NCBI GenBank assembly: GCA_040754655.1
Contig: JBFMCE010000013.1
Span: forward strand, 1 to 48,408
Reading direction: 5' to 3'
Length of the DNA: 48,408 nt
Origin: Bdellovibrionota bacterium
Lineage (GTDB): Bacteria > Bdellovibrionota > UBA1018 > UBA923
Notes under the pieces: model-generated
The model's database searches: none
What the model was told of the DNA's origin: nothing
What the model saw: the letters and a program-made list of their open reading frames with translations, nothing else
Program-made: the position numbers and the translations under genes
Shown here: positions 9,145-19,078 of the stretch, piece by piece
Layout: each line of letters opens with the position of its first letter
How positions within the stretch are numbered: position 1 is the first letter of the stretch

Positions 9145-10868
9145 CGCGAAGGAGAACTTTTCACTTCGTACCTTTCATGCTCCTGTCCCTCACCAAACTG
9201 CACCTTGACCTTTTCCCTCAAGGAATTCAGCCCCAGGGCATACTCTAGATTGCTCGTCTGGCAGTGAAGACCTAAGCTGCCCAAGTTCAAGCAAGCCAGA
9301 TCTTTTGCAAGCATCAGCTTAAATCCCGCCGGACGATCGAAGACAGATCGGGGAAGATGAGAAAAAGCGGACTTCCAATTTTTCACTTCTTGCGGTTTCG
9401 TCGCGATGCAATTTGGGCTTCTTCCTTCAAGCGTGACGCCGCCGCAAAAAACACCCTGTTCCGGGGCGTTCTCTCTCGCAGATCCGAAGGGATATTGATT
9501 CATCCCAAAACAATACAAAGACTGATCCTGCAACAACACGCAGCTCTTGAACCTGGTTGCCATGACTTGAACCGCGGGACCAGGCAAGTCAACAAGGGCT
9601 GGCATCGCAACCGTACGCGGTTCAACCAACTCATGGGTCAATGTTTCAGAAGCCACCGAACCCTGACCAGATTGCCCGACGTCGTTGCCCCCCCAACAAG
9701 CCACCGCCCCTGAACTCAACAGCGCACACCAATGGTCATGACCTATCGAAACATCTTGGACGCCATCCTGAAGACCCTGTACTTGAATTGCGAGATGCAA
9801 CGGATTGGCACTTTGGCAATTCGCCTGCGGCTCAGAACACACCGCAGAGTCGAAGCAATGAAGCTCAGAGTTGGCCAATACAGCGCAACCTCGCGCCGCA
9901 GTCACCCCGCTTTGGGGCTGCCTGACCGACCCAATCTCATTATTTTGCTCGTTCATACGCATGCGTAGCTTTGAAATCGGGCTCAAAAAGCTGGCGACCC
10001 GCCTTGCACTGTACAGTTTTGAAGGATCATTTTCGGTCAAAAGCGCTATTTCCCCGCCAAAGCACCAAACTTGATTCAGGTTCTTGATGAAACAACCATT
10101 CGTGCTGTCGAGAGAAAGATTGCTGGCTCCCTCTGAGTTTTCAACGCGTTTCACGCTAGCCTCATCGAAGCAATAGACCGCCGAGATGCCATTCTCTTCT
10201 TCAGCAACAACGCAGCCCATCGATTTTCCGAGCGACATCTCTTTAGGCTTGTCAGGCAGACCAGTGATCTTTCTCACGTGATAGGCTTCCCAAGACCCGT
10301 GACCTTCCTCAGGAGTCTGGGGATGCTTCCCCCAACATTGAACGCTGCGCGAAGGATTCTCGCCGGTGCCCTCAACCAGGGCGCAGCCCCCGTATTCCCA
10401 AATGCTCGACTGAAGCGCGGCGGGCCTGTGTCCAAGAGGGCGCAATTTCACTTCGTGCACATTCGGGCACCCGATGCCGCCCAACCGGCCCCCCCAGCTC
10501 ACCGATCCCGTGAAATCTTCTATCGCCCAAACGACATCGGTGTCAGAACTTTCGGCCACCTCGAGCTTCACTTGACCAGTTCCATGCTCATCGGCGGGAA
10601 GCTCCCAATAATGGTCAAACGAAAGAAGATCACGCGTAGCGAACGTCGTGGAATGAGTTTTCAGGAATGGATAAGTCTTTGCCGAGAACCGCACTTCACC
10701 CTTTTCCATCCAAGGAGCGTAGTCAACGTCGTCGCTGAGGCCAAAGGTCACGACGGCCTGGCCTTCAGGGCAATCCTCACCCTCGTTAGAGGAAGAGCAG
10801 CCCAAATTGAAGGCCAGGACAATCACCAGAACGCCTAAGGATCTTTTCATAATTTCTACAGTTTTCAT
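9117..10868 (-). CDS. RCC1/BLIP-II repeat lipoprotein
   Basis: Lipobox-like NLGC; repeats such as VSIGHDHWCALLSSGAVACWGGNDVGQSG and SCVLLQDQSLYCFG. Start uncertain (10868 or 10850). Confidence 0.75.
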   Translation of the reverse strand: MKTVEIMKRSLGVLVIVLAFNLGCSSSNEGEDCPEGQAVVTFGLSDDVDYAPWMEKGEVRFSAKTYPFLKTHSTTFATRDLLSFDHYWELPADEHGTGQVKLEVAESSDTDVVWAIEDFTGSVSWGGRLGGIGCPNVHEVKLRPLGHRPAALQSSIWEYGGCALVEGTGENPSRSVQCWGKHPQTPEEGHGSWEAYHVRKITGLPDKPKEMSLGKSMGCVVAEEENGISAVYCFDEASVKRVENSEGASNLSLDSTNGCFIKNLNQVWCFGGEIALLTENDPSKLYSARRVASFLSPISKLRMRMNEQNNEIGSVRQPQSGVTAARGCAVLANSELHCFDSAVCSEPQANCQSANPLHLAIQVQGLQDGVQDVSIGHDHWCALLSSGAVACWGGNDVGQSGQGSVASETLTHELVEPRTVAMPALVDLPGPAVQVMATRFKSCVLLQDQSLYCFGMNQYPFGSARENAPEQGVFCGGVTLEGRSPNCIATKPQEVKNWKSAFSHLPRSVFDRPAGFKLMLAKDLACLNLGSLGLHCQTSNLEYALGLNSLREKVKVQFGEGQEHERYEVKSSPSRWLGVRFEE

Positions 10869-10888
10869 TGATACATCACCCAAAGTTT

Positions 10889-11899
10889 TTACAATGATTC
10901 GTCCCACTGAACGCGGATCACGCCACGCAAGAAAGTAGGCTCGGCGTGAAAATACCCGATGCCTCTTTCGTTGCTCAAATTAAAGCTTTCAAACAACCGA
11001 CCCGCGCTTACATCAATTTCCATGGGTCCGAGTCCCTGAACATCCGGGCTCCAAGCGGCCCCAACAGCCATCTCCTGCGTGTTGATGTTCTCGCCTTCGT
11101 TGATCAAGCCCGTAGTCGTGGCTGACGCCATGATATAGAGAAGCGTCAAATGAAGGTTGGCCAACTCAAGCCCTACGCGCCCTGTAGCGCCGCCTCCGAG
11201 GCCCACGTTTGAGCGCTCTTCCAATTCGCCGCCTGATGAGAACAAGATTTGATCTCGCTCCTGCACCTTTGGCGTTGGCGAAGCCCAGATTTTATTCAAA
11301 ACGTCGATCGAGATCTGTCCTTGAAACCGAACCTGGAGCCCAAGCGGCAGATCAACGACATGGTTTGAAAGCGCGCGCGCGAATTCCAAACCCAAAGTCT
11401 GACCCGCGGTCCCCATGAACGGATACTCACGCAGCGCAAGACCAGGTCCCTCGAGAAGAAGCCCCAGCTTGGGGAACTCCACCAAACCTACGGGAACTCT
11501 CAACTTAGTAGGATCGATGCCCGCCGAAGCGCCATCCAGGATGCGAACTTCGAAAGAGATCGGAAGAAAGCCGACTTTGATCTCGGAAGATCCGAGTTTG
11601 CACCAAAGGCTTTCTCCACAGCGCAAGAGCAACGCCCCGCCTTCGATTCGCATGTCATTGGTATAAGCATTCGTGAGCACCAGGGAAAACTCGTCTTTCG
11701 TGGAAGGCCCGATGGGAGTCAGGCCCGAGTGCTTGAGCTTAGGGGAAAAGAAGAATCGATAGTCGGTTTTTAGAAAAGGGTCTTCAAGGACGCCTAGTTT
11801 TGAACCCTCGCCGGCAAACAAAACGCCCGAGGCCGAGACGAAAAGAACAAATATCCATAAGACCAAGGCCCTATAGAAATATTTTTGATTGAGACCCAC
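10889..11899 (-). CDS. Hypothetical exported protein, possible outer-membrane beta-barrel
   Basis: 336-aa ORF with signal peptide and alternating beta-strand patterns, ending RGVIRVQWDESL. Confidence 0.55.
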   Translation of the reverse strand: MGLNQKYFYRALVLWIFVLFVSASGVLFAGEGSKLGVLEDPFLKTDYRFFFSPKLKHSGLTPIGPSTKDEFSLVLTNAYTNDMRIEGGALLLRCGESLWCKLGSSEIKVGFLPISFEVRILDGASAGIDPTKLRVPVGLVEFPKLGLLLEGPGLALREYPFMGTAGQTLGLEFARALSNHVVDLPLGLQVRFQGQISIDVLNKIWASPTPKVQERDQILFSSGGELEERSNVGLGGGATGRVGLELANLHLTLLYIMASATTTGLINEGENINTQEMAVGAAWSPDVQGLGPMEIDVSAGRLFESFNLSNERGIGYFHAEPTFLRGVIRVQWDESL

Positions 11900-12022
11900 C
11901 GCTTCATCCTTCCACCCCTATCCCAAAAAGTGCAAAGACCCATTTTCGATGTTGCTGCAACGCATTAAGTAGTCTATTCCTAGTAAACCGAATAGTGAAT
12001 CTTTTCAATCACCAACTTGGAT

Positions 12023-12604
12023 ATGGAAATGACGAAACGAACTTTAAGACGTCTTGGGTTACTTTTAACCGTTAGCCTATTTGTGTTTTCAGCTTCTCAA
12101 GTCGCCTTTGGCGCCACCCCAAGGCCATGCTTTTCTTGGATCTTTGTGAAGGCTGAATGGGAAAAAGCGACGGGTTGCTGGGGCAGTAGCGCTGAGGACG
12201 ACATCCTCATAGGCTGGCATGTCACGACGCAAATGATCGAAGGCGAAGGTCTAGATTCAAGCGTCTTTTTCTCGGGACGGGAGTTGATCGCGGAGTTCAC
12301 GATTCTTCCTTATCGAAACGGCTCGAACGAAGCGCAACTTGAACCCGACGACCGAATCGTGCGAGTCACACCTCATCAAGAGGAGATCCATTTCAGCGTG
12401 GATGGCGCAAGCTTCCCGGTGGACGCAAATGGAACACGCCTCAAAGTTCAAGCAAAGATGTTTATTCCTGGGGCATTTGTTTCGGAGCTCCCCGACGACG
12501 ATCCCGTGGTTCATGGGACTCTCACCGTGCGGGATGCGCGATCAGGCGAGGTTGTTTGTTCAGGAACCACTCCGAACATCTCTCTCAACCGATCTCTCAA
12601 CTAG
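12023..12604 (+). CDS. Hypothetical secreted protein
   Basis: Signal peptide (KRTLRRLGLLLTVSLFVFSASQVAFG); long ORF; start uncertain. Confidence 0.6.
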   Translation: MEMTKRTLRRLGLLLTVSLFVFSASQVAFGATPRPCFSWIFVKAEWEKATGCWGSSAEDDILIGWHVTTQMIEGEGLDSSVFFSGRELIAEFTILPYRNGSNEAQLEPDDRIVRVTPHQEEIHFSVDGASFPVDANGTRLKVQAKMFIPGAFVSELPDDDPVVHGTLTVRDARSGEVVCSGTTPNISLNRSLN

Positions 12605-12704
12605 CCCTCTTTAAGATTTCTTAAGGGGGTCTCGATTCACGGCGAATTTTGAGTCTTTCCATCTTGAACTCTCTTCATGATAGACTGCTTACATCGACAC
12701 CCAT

Positions 12705-14912
12705 ATGCAGCTCGCCCCACTCACGCGTGATTTGGCTTTGATCCTAGGCAGCGCCGGCGCCGTAGGTTTTTTGTTTCGGAGAATACGGCAACCTGTGGTG
12801 CTGGGCTATATCATCGCTGGTATTTTGGTCGGACCCTACCTCTCTCCCGTCCAACTGGTGAAAGACTTGCCGAACGTCAGGACTTGGGCGCAGCTGGGCG
12901 TCATCTTCTTGATGTTTAGTTTGGGTCTTGAGTTCAGCTTTAGGCGCTTGAGCAAGGTAGGGCTTCCAGCTTCGATCACCGCAAGCTTTGAAATGGCCCT
13001 GATGATGCTGTTGGGTTCAAGCTGCGGCAGATTTTTTGGCTGGTCCTTCATGGACAGCATTTTTCTGGGTGCGATACTTTCAATTTCTTCAACCACGATC
13101 ATTGCAAAGGCCCTTGATGAACTCGGATTGAAGAACCGAAGGTTCGCGCAGATGATCTTTGGCATCTTGATTGTCGAAGACCTGGTTGCGGTGCTTTTGC
13201 TCGTGGCGCTTTCGAGCTTTTCAATCCACCAAAGTTTTTCTCCTCTCGTTCTTGCTTCGTCGTCAGCGAAGTTGATCTTAGTCGTGGGGAGCTGGTTTCT
13301 CGTGGGCTACTTCATCGTTCCTCGCATTTTTAGACACATCGGAAAGACGGGGTCTGATGAGATGCTTTTGGTCATCTCGCTGGGGTTCTGCCTTTTCCTG
13401 TCTGTTTTTGCCGATTACTTCCAGTATTCAGTGGCGCTCGGCGCATTCATCATGGGCTCGATCCTCGCCGAAAGCTCAGAGTCGCGGCGCATCGAAGAAC
13501 TCATCAAACCCATGAGAGATGTGTTCGCCGCCGTATTCTTCGTCTCAGTGGGCATGCTGTTGAACCCGGCCATTCTTTGGGAAAAACGCGTCCCGATCTT
13601 GATCATCGCCGCCCTGGTGATCGTGGGAAAAGTCGTGGGCAACACTTTGGGTTCGCTCCTTGCCGGGCAATCGATCAAAAACTCTGTGCAGGTGAGTTTC
13701 GGGCTCACGCAAATCGGCGAATTTTCGTTGATCATCGCGACCCTTGGCGCGTCGTTGAAGGTCACAAGTGATTTTCTATACTCGGTTGCCGTAGCAGTAT
13801 CGGTGATCACGACCTTCACCACCCCTTACATGCTTCGCATTTCCCAAACAGCCGCACAGGCGTTTGAGCGATGGTCGCCCAGGTCGCTTAAAACCCTGCT
13901 AAGCGCCTACTCGGCCTGGCTTGAAGAAAGACAGGCGCCAGATCGCCGAACGCACCTCTTTAGGCAAAGCATTCTTCGTTGGCTCTTGAATGGCATTCTC
14001 GTCACCGCCGTTTGGACCCTCATTGCCAAGCTGGTCTTGCCTGTTTTGGGTCCGCAGCTTTCAAGCCCGATGCTCTTGGTGTCTTTGGGTTGGGGATTGG
14101 CCATTCTTTCTTCGGCACCCTTCATTTGGGCCATGCTCATCACACGCAAACCAGACGCGCCCCGAAACCGAAACATGCCTTTCGTTTTTCAGCTTCTCAC
14201 CCTGATCTGGCTTGCCGCACTGAGTTTCATTTATTTCCCGTCACGATACGTGGGCTTGCTCAATCTAGTGCTGGCTGCGGTTTTTTTCCGGCAGTTCTAT
14301 CGACGGATCGAAGCTTCGTATCAATGGTTTGAAGAGCAGTTCTTATCGACTTTCAGATCTTCATCGACACACCACAGGAACACGACGGAAGCTCTTAAAG
14401 AACTGGCCCCATGGGACGCCCACTTGATGCACATCAAGGTGCATGCAGACTCTGAACTTGCGGGAAAACCCATTCAAGAAGCGGCTCTCCGAAACAAGTA
14501 CGGCTTGAATATCGTGGCCATTCAACGAGGATCGAAGGTGATTGTTTCGCCAACGCCCCAGCTCGTGATCTATCCCCAAGATGACCTTTTGGTGCTCGGA
14601 ACGGATGAACAGGTGGAGGCAGGCCGAAAGCTCGCTGAACATCCCCATGCCAGCGCAGCCCTGGATCCTGAGATCTCGGATTATCAAATCAGAAAACTTC
14701 ATATCCGAGGCCACTCCCCGCTGGTCGGCAAAACCATCCGTGAATCCAAGATACGCGAATCTTACGGCGCGATGGTGGTGGGCGTCGAACGAAATGACAT
14801 GCGGCTCCTTAACCCTGATACCGATTTGGTTTTGCAAATTGATGACACCTTATTGATCGTGGGCCATGCGCGGCAGATCGACATGCTGCTCAAACCAAGT
14901 AAAAAAGACTGA
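12705..14912 (+). CDS. CPA2 cation:proton antiporter with two TrkA-C (RCK_C) domains
   Basis: QPVVLGYIIAG, LGLEF, SSTTII, GILIVEDL, QIGEFS; two C-terminal S-x-L-x-GK..IQRG/VERN units. Confidence 0.93.
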   Translation: MQLAPLTRDLALILGSAGAVGFLFRRIRQPVVLGYIIAGILVGPYLSPVQLVKDLPNVRTWAQLGVIFLMFSLGLEFSFRRLSKVGLPASITASFEMALMMLLGSSCGRFFGWSFMDSIFLGAILSISSTTIIAKALDELGLKNRRFAQMIFGILIVEDLVAVLLLVALSSFSIHQSFSPLVLASSSAKLILVVGSWFLVGYFIVPRIFRHIGKTGSDEMLLVISLGFCLFLSVFADYFQYSVALGAFIMGSILAESSESRRIEELIKPMRDVFAAVFFVSVGMLLNPAILWEKRVPILIIAALVIVGKVVGNTLGSLLAGQSIKNSVQVSFGLTQIGEFSLIIATLGASLKVTSDFLYSVAVAVSVITTFTTPYMLRISQTAAQAFERWSPRSLKTLLSAYSAWLEERQAPDRRTHLFRQSILRWLLNGILVTAVWTLIAKLVLPVLGPQLSSPMLLVSLGWGLAILSSAPFIWAMLITRKPDAPRNRNMPFVFQLLTLIWLAALSFIYFPSRYVGLLNLVLAAVFFRQFYRRIEASYQWFEEQFLSTFRSSSTHHRNTTEALKELAPWDAHLMHIKVHADSELAGKPIQEAALRNKYGLNIVAIQRGSKVIVSPTPQLVIYPQDDLLVLGTDEQVEAGRKLAEHPHASAALDPEISDYQIRKLHIRGHSPLVGKTIRESKIRESYGAMVVGVERNDMRLLNPDTDLVLQIDDTLLIVGHARQIDMLLKPSKKD

Positions 14913-14932
14913 ACTGTGTTAAAATAGAAGCC

Positions 14933-15688
14933 ATGCTGAAATCGATCTTTTCTGCTTTCATGGCCATGACCCTTCTTCAGAACCACGCCTGGACAGAAGA
15001 TGCGGGAAAAAACTTTCAAAAACAATTTGAGTCCCTTGCGAAGGCAAGCCATAAGGCCGGAAAAGCATGCGACCGATTCTTCGCTTCACTTGAAGAGTTC
15101 GATGGTTCTAACGGTTCTGAGGAGGCATTCGCGAGCAAGAAGCAAGGGTTGAGGGCCTTTCAAAAGCTGAGGCATTATCCGGGTCCATCGAAAGCGACCC
15201 ATGAGGCCGTCGGGCTTTTGCTAAAAGGCATGCCCGATCAAACAGATCCTGACTGGTGGGAAAAAACAGCGCCGTTGCTCAATCATTGCACGAGCGTAAA
15301 ACTGATCGATGTCGCGCGAAAAACCCTCGAGGCCTCGCAGGCCCATGGATTTTCCGAAGCTGAAAAAACAGCGCTTAAGACTTTCTTGATCACCGTCGTT
15401 GACCGTCTTATCCAAGGTCCGAACAGCTTGCTTTCAAGCATGATCGCGATTTCAATCCTTGAAGACCTTATCTTGAACAACCACCTCGACCCCAAGCTCA
15501 AGCCCGCCGTGCAGGAAATCCGCGAAAAGGGCGAAAAGAGCATCAAAAAATTGCGAGAGAAGTTTTCTCCTGAAGATCCTAAACGATTTCCCCGGTCGAT
15601 CGAGGAAGAAGCTCAAGTCGCAGAGAAATTGAGGACAGCTTTGAAAAGCGTCGTGGATTCGATAAAGCCGATGGACGCTGCGCGCTGA
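14933..15688 (+). CDS. Hypothetical secreted alpha-helical protein
   Basis: 251-aa ORF with signal peptide. Confidence 0.6.
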   Translation: MLKSIFSAFMAMTLLQNHAWTEDAGKNFQKQFESLAKASHKAGKACDRFFASLEEFDGSNGSEEAFASKKQGLRAFQKLRHYPGPSKATHEAVGLLLKGMPDQTDPDWWEKTAPLLNHCTSVKLIDVARKTLEASQAHGFSEAEKTALKTFLITVVDRLIQGPNSLLSSMIAISILEDLILNNHLDPKLKPAVQEIREKGEKSIKKLREKFSPEDPKRFPRSIEEEAQVAEKLRTALKSVVDSIKPMDAAR

Positions 15689-15695
15689 GATATCG

Positions 15696-17486
15696 TCAAA
15701 GCGCGAAAGACAATAAGAGCGACGCCGTAAACCCGGTCCTGTCCACTTTCAAGTCGACCCGGTTTCCCGCGCTGTCGACGGCCAAGCGAGAGCCTTCCTC
15801 GATACCGGAGTATCGGCTCCCCGAGACTGACGTGGTGCTGAGCGAATTCGTTTTGTACCTCGAATAGCCTGCTCTCGTTATGAGATAAACCCCATCGAAC
15901 AGCAACCATCCGAATCCGAGATTGGCGTTTGTTTCAACAGAAAACGCACTGGCTTCAAGCGAGTGTTTTGGACCGCCGCTCTCGTCGATCTCTTGTTTAA
16001 ACTGGACTTGACCAAAACCAACGAGCCCTTCGACGAAGAGGGTAAACGAGGACTGGTTCTCAATCAGATGCACTCGAAGCATAGGCCCGACGCTATAGCC
16101 GGAAAGGCTCGTCTTCTTCGTCAGCCTAGGGCTATTCGAGGCGTCGAGGCCCCGCTGTTCGCGGGTTTCAGGAAAAAGATATCGAGCGAACAAACCAATC
16201 CGGGTCTGAGGAACCGGCAGATCCTCCAATAAGATAGCTCCAGTCAAATCGACGCTGCGATTGAATTTTTCAGAAGGGTCAACCTTCGCATAGGTTCCCT
16301 CTAAAGATGTCATCTCTGCGGCTCTGTTCAAATGCTCAGGTTTCCACCAACGGTGCTCCGCCCCAGCTTCGAAAACAAATGCATGACTCTCGACGGCCGC
16401 CAAAGAAACCCAAAGGGACGAAGCAAACAATAAAAACAAACGAGTCTTTTTGGCCCAAGTGACGGCTTTAGGGACCAGTCTTCTCGCACGGTGAAAGAGA
16501 TAGGCCGCCGTCGATAAAACTAACGCCAACATCCAGGCTGAAAACTCTCGGGTTTCGCGGGCGCGCACGCCTGTATCGGAAGCAAGCGCTTCAGAAAGGC
16601 AGCCACTTCCCTTTTTTCCCGACGCTCTCACGCTAGCTAATGTGCCTTCATCACAAGAGACTTCCCTTTCGGGCCCGCCCGAGACCGTGCCCGAAAGGGC
16701 TCCATTGTCATTCGTGCCGTGGTAGCTGCCGCAGCGCCCCCCGGAACGAAACGACTTTCCCTCAGGCGTCGAGCATTCTATCCCGTCGATTTCGTCTTGA
16801 GACAGGGTTCGGCCTTCGATGGCCCCGGCTGATATCGCCGAGGTCATGGTTGCAGTCAGTAAAATCGTATTCGCGCTCGTAAACGTCGGGGGCTCGATTG
16901 AATGGTCAAGCCCCAGGCAATGGCCGATTTCGTGGGCCAGCACTGAGATCAAATCATATCTATTGCTTTCGGCATTGATGCCAAAGTTTCCCGTAGCTTC
17001 GCCGTTCACGACGACATCGCAATCCGAATAAACATCAGTAGCCGCGCCAACGCTGGAATAAGCTACGGCCAAAGTTCCCGTGCTAGCGACTTGATTCCCC
17101 TCGGCGGTGGTTCGATTGTCCCAAACAATGGTGTTCACCGAATCGCCAGAGGCCCTGGTCGAAGAAGCAGTCCCGCCAAATACAACGCGGATATCCGAAT
17201 TGCAGATCGAAGCCCACGAATTGACCGCTTCGCTCACGGCCGTAGTAAACTCACTGGCGCTCAGTTCCGCGGCGATTGAACCGCCGTAAACGGTTTGATC
17301 GGTGTTGATGAAGAAAGTAACGGTCCGGCTGCTCCAAACGGGAGCCCGTGAAACCGGCCTCGCCCCCTTCGCGAATACGCCCGCCCGGATGTAGATGAAA
17401 GCATTCGCCTTGGCGCAAAACAGCGCGGCAAGCGAGAAAGCGAAGCAGAAAACCAACGGGCTACCTCTGAATCGTTTGATAGCCAT
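15696..17486 (-). CDS. Matrixin/M10-like zinc metalloprotease fused to a C-terminal outer-membrane beta-barrel
   Basis: Signal peptide; HEIGHCLGLDH zinc motif with ATM Met-turn; GSGC plus TM helix plus a second hydrophobic segment; barrel-like C-terminus ending FTASLLLSFAL. Confidence 0.8.
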   Translation of the reverse strand: MAIKRFRGSPLVFCFAFSLAALFCAKANAFIYIRAGVFAKGARPVSRAPVWSSRTVTFFINTDQTVYGGSIAAELSASEFTTAVSEAVNSWASICNSDIRVVFGGTASSTRASGDSVNTIVWDNRTTAEGNQVASTGTLAVAYSSVGAATDVYSDCDVVVNGEATGNFGINAESNRYDLISVLAHEIGHCLGLDHSIEPPTFTSANTILLTATMTSAISAGAIEGRTLSQDEIDGIECSTPEGKSFRSGGRCGSYHGTNDNGALSGTVSGGPEREVSCDEGTLASVRASGKKGSGCLSEALASDTGVRARETREFSAWMLALVLSTAAYLFHRARRLVPKAVTWAKKTRLFLLFASSLWVSLAAVESHAFVFEAGAEHRWWKPEHLNRAAEMTSLEGTYAKVDPSEKFNRSVDLTGAILLEDLPVPQTRIGLFARYLFPETREQRGLDASNSPRLTKKTSLSGYSVGPMLRVHLIENQSSFTLFVEGLVGFGQVQFKQEIDESGGPKHSLEASAFSVETNANLGFGWLLFDGVYLITRAGYSRYKTNSLSTTSVSGSRYSGIEEGSRLAVDSAGNRVDLKVDRTGFTASLLLSFAL

Positions 17487-17952
17487 CGCTCCAGTTGGTT
17501 ACAAGCCACTCTGAATATTGCCGAGAGGTGCGCGGATCGCGCACTTCTTGTTTTCGGACAAAAAGAGCAAGGCGATCTTCGGGCCGAGGCGGGGTGATAT
17601 GCACTGGATATACGTACCGGCCAGGTTCCCCTTTTCCGAAAACAAAATCGGCGCCTCGAATCGCCAACTCAAACGTCCGTCCCGCGGGACAACTTCCTTC
17701 AGAGGAAGGTTTTCGAGACTCGATCTCAATCACCCAGTGCACATGGTTCTCGGAATACTTCCTGCCGCGATATTCTACTAAATCTGTTGTATGCGCTGCC
17801 TCTATAAAGCGTCCTTCGATCTTGCAATCAGCGGCGGGGCCGTCCTGAATTTGCGATTGCAACGAAGTGCTTGAAGACCGGACAAATGTAGTCGCGATAA
17901 CGCATTGAGGAAACAATGAGAAAAACGCAAAAAAACAAAGACAAACCCTCAT
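17461..17952 (-). CDS. Hypothetical secreted protein overlapping the start of the matrixin gene
   Basis: Signal peptide, 163 aa, 26-bp overlap with the matrixin start. Confidence 0.6.
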   Translation of the reverse strand: MRVCLCFFAFFSLFPQCVIATTFVRSSSTSLQSQIQDGPAADCKIEGRFIEAAHTTDLVEYRGRKYSENHVHWVIEIESRKPSSEGSCPAGRTFELAIRGADFVFGKGEPGRYVYPVHITPPRPEDRLALFVRKQEVRDPRTSRQYSEWLVTNWSDGYQTIQR

Positions 17953-18019
17953 CCTAATAGGATTTCATAGGGATCCTTCCTGCAAAATAGGTAATTCTTG
18001 GAGGCTGAGCAGGATTTGC

Positions 18020-18402
18020 CTATCGGTGGGTCGCGACGCCCACTTGCCTGCACGCTCTTAAAACCGGGCACTGATCGCAACGAGGGAGTCTCGGAGTGCA
18101 GATATTTTTTCCAAATGGCACAAGAAGCCTGTTGATGTCGATCCAATAACGACGCGGGAGCTTCAGTTCAAGGGCTTCCATGGTTTCAACGGGAGAGCGG
18201 GTCAAGGCATATCCCCAGCGGTTCGTGATTCGATGCATGCGATCAAAAGCTCGAAAGCAGTGTCATATCCTTCGCGAGCCAACTCAAAAAGCGCCGCTTG
18301 CGGATACGGGCTGACGGCTTCGGCGACACGCTCGAAAACCCAGTCGATGTCAAAATCTCTCTTCGGCGCTTTGGGGACAGCTTTAAGCGCGAGCGCTCTC
18401 AT
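18020..18402 (-). pseudogene. nth: Endonuclease III with internal deletion and frameshift
   Basis: N-part ...YDTAFELLIACI is joined out of frame to HRITNRWG...GKNICTPRLPRCDQCPVLRAC (4Fe-4S motif). The central HhH segment and VD motif are missing. Confidence 0.85.
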
Positions 18403-18611
18403 TCCTTTTCCGTCGTATTACTATATTCTTCATCAGGAACATTGCTTGATGTTCGACCAGCCGGATGCCGATAGCCAGTGGGCGAGCCGCTGTATCTTTG
18501 ATCCTCGGTAGAAATTCCCGCAGCGTTCTTGGTCGCCTCGTTGGCCTGTTTTGAACAAGACGGGAGCAGCGGAAGTATACAGAGCAGACAAATAGAAAGT
18601 GTTTTCTTCAT
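18399..18611 (-). CDS. Small lipoprotein
   Basis: MKKTLSICLLCILPLLPSC lipobox; ATGA overlaps with both neighbours. Confidence 0.65.
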   Translation of the reverse strand: MKKTLSICLLCILPLLPSCSKQANEATKNAAGISTEDQRYSGSPTGYRHPAGRTSSNVPDEEYSNTTEKE

Positions 18612-19057
18612 GAAACTCTCCTCAAACGCGGGGGCCCTTCCAGCCTGGAGTTGGCGTCCCTCCTCTGCCGCAAATACGCGTCCAAACTCGCGCGTCCGGC
18701 GCCATGATAAAACACCCTGATCAGTCCGCCCATGATGGCGAGATTTTTCATCCAGTGGATCAATTGCATTTGCCGGTCAACACCCTGGTAGTTCCAAAAG
18801 TCGTGGAACAAGAAAGTCACGGGAAGCAGGTAAAACATCAAGAGAACAGCGCCCCATTTGGCGCGTGCCCCTAGCAAGATCATCAAGCTTCCCACGATTT
18901 CAATGGCTGCGGCGCCCCCCAATAGCAGCGGGGCCGCTTGTCCCAAAACAGGCGAAATAAATTGAAGGGTTTCTTCCCAATAAAGAAGTTTTGATGCCCC
19001 GCTGAAAGCAAAGACGGTCGCCAACAAAATCCGGCTCAAGAGCTCAATGAAGTTCAT
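18608..19057 (-). CDS. DoxX family membrane protein
   Basis: LSRILLATVF..SG..K, IEIVG, FHDFW, MKNLAIMGG, GAGRASLD. Confidence 0.9.
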   Translation of the reverse strand: MNFIELLSRILLATVFAFSGASKLLYWEETLQFISPVLGQAAPLLLGGAAAIEIVGSLMILLGARAKWGAVLLMFYLLPVTFLFHDFWNYQGVDRQMQLIHWMKNLAIMGGLIRVFYHGAGRASLDAYLRQRRDANSRLEGPPRLRRVS

Positions 19058-19078
19058 CGCCTCGCAACCTCCGCTTGT

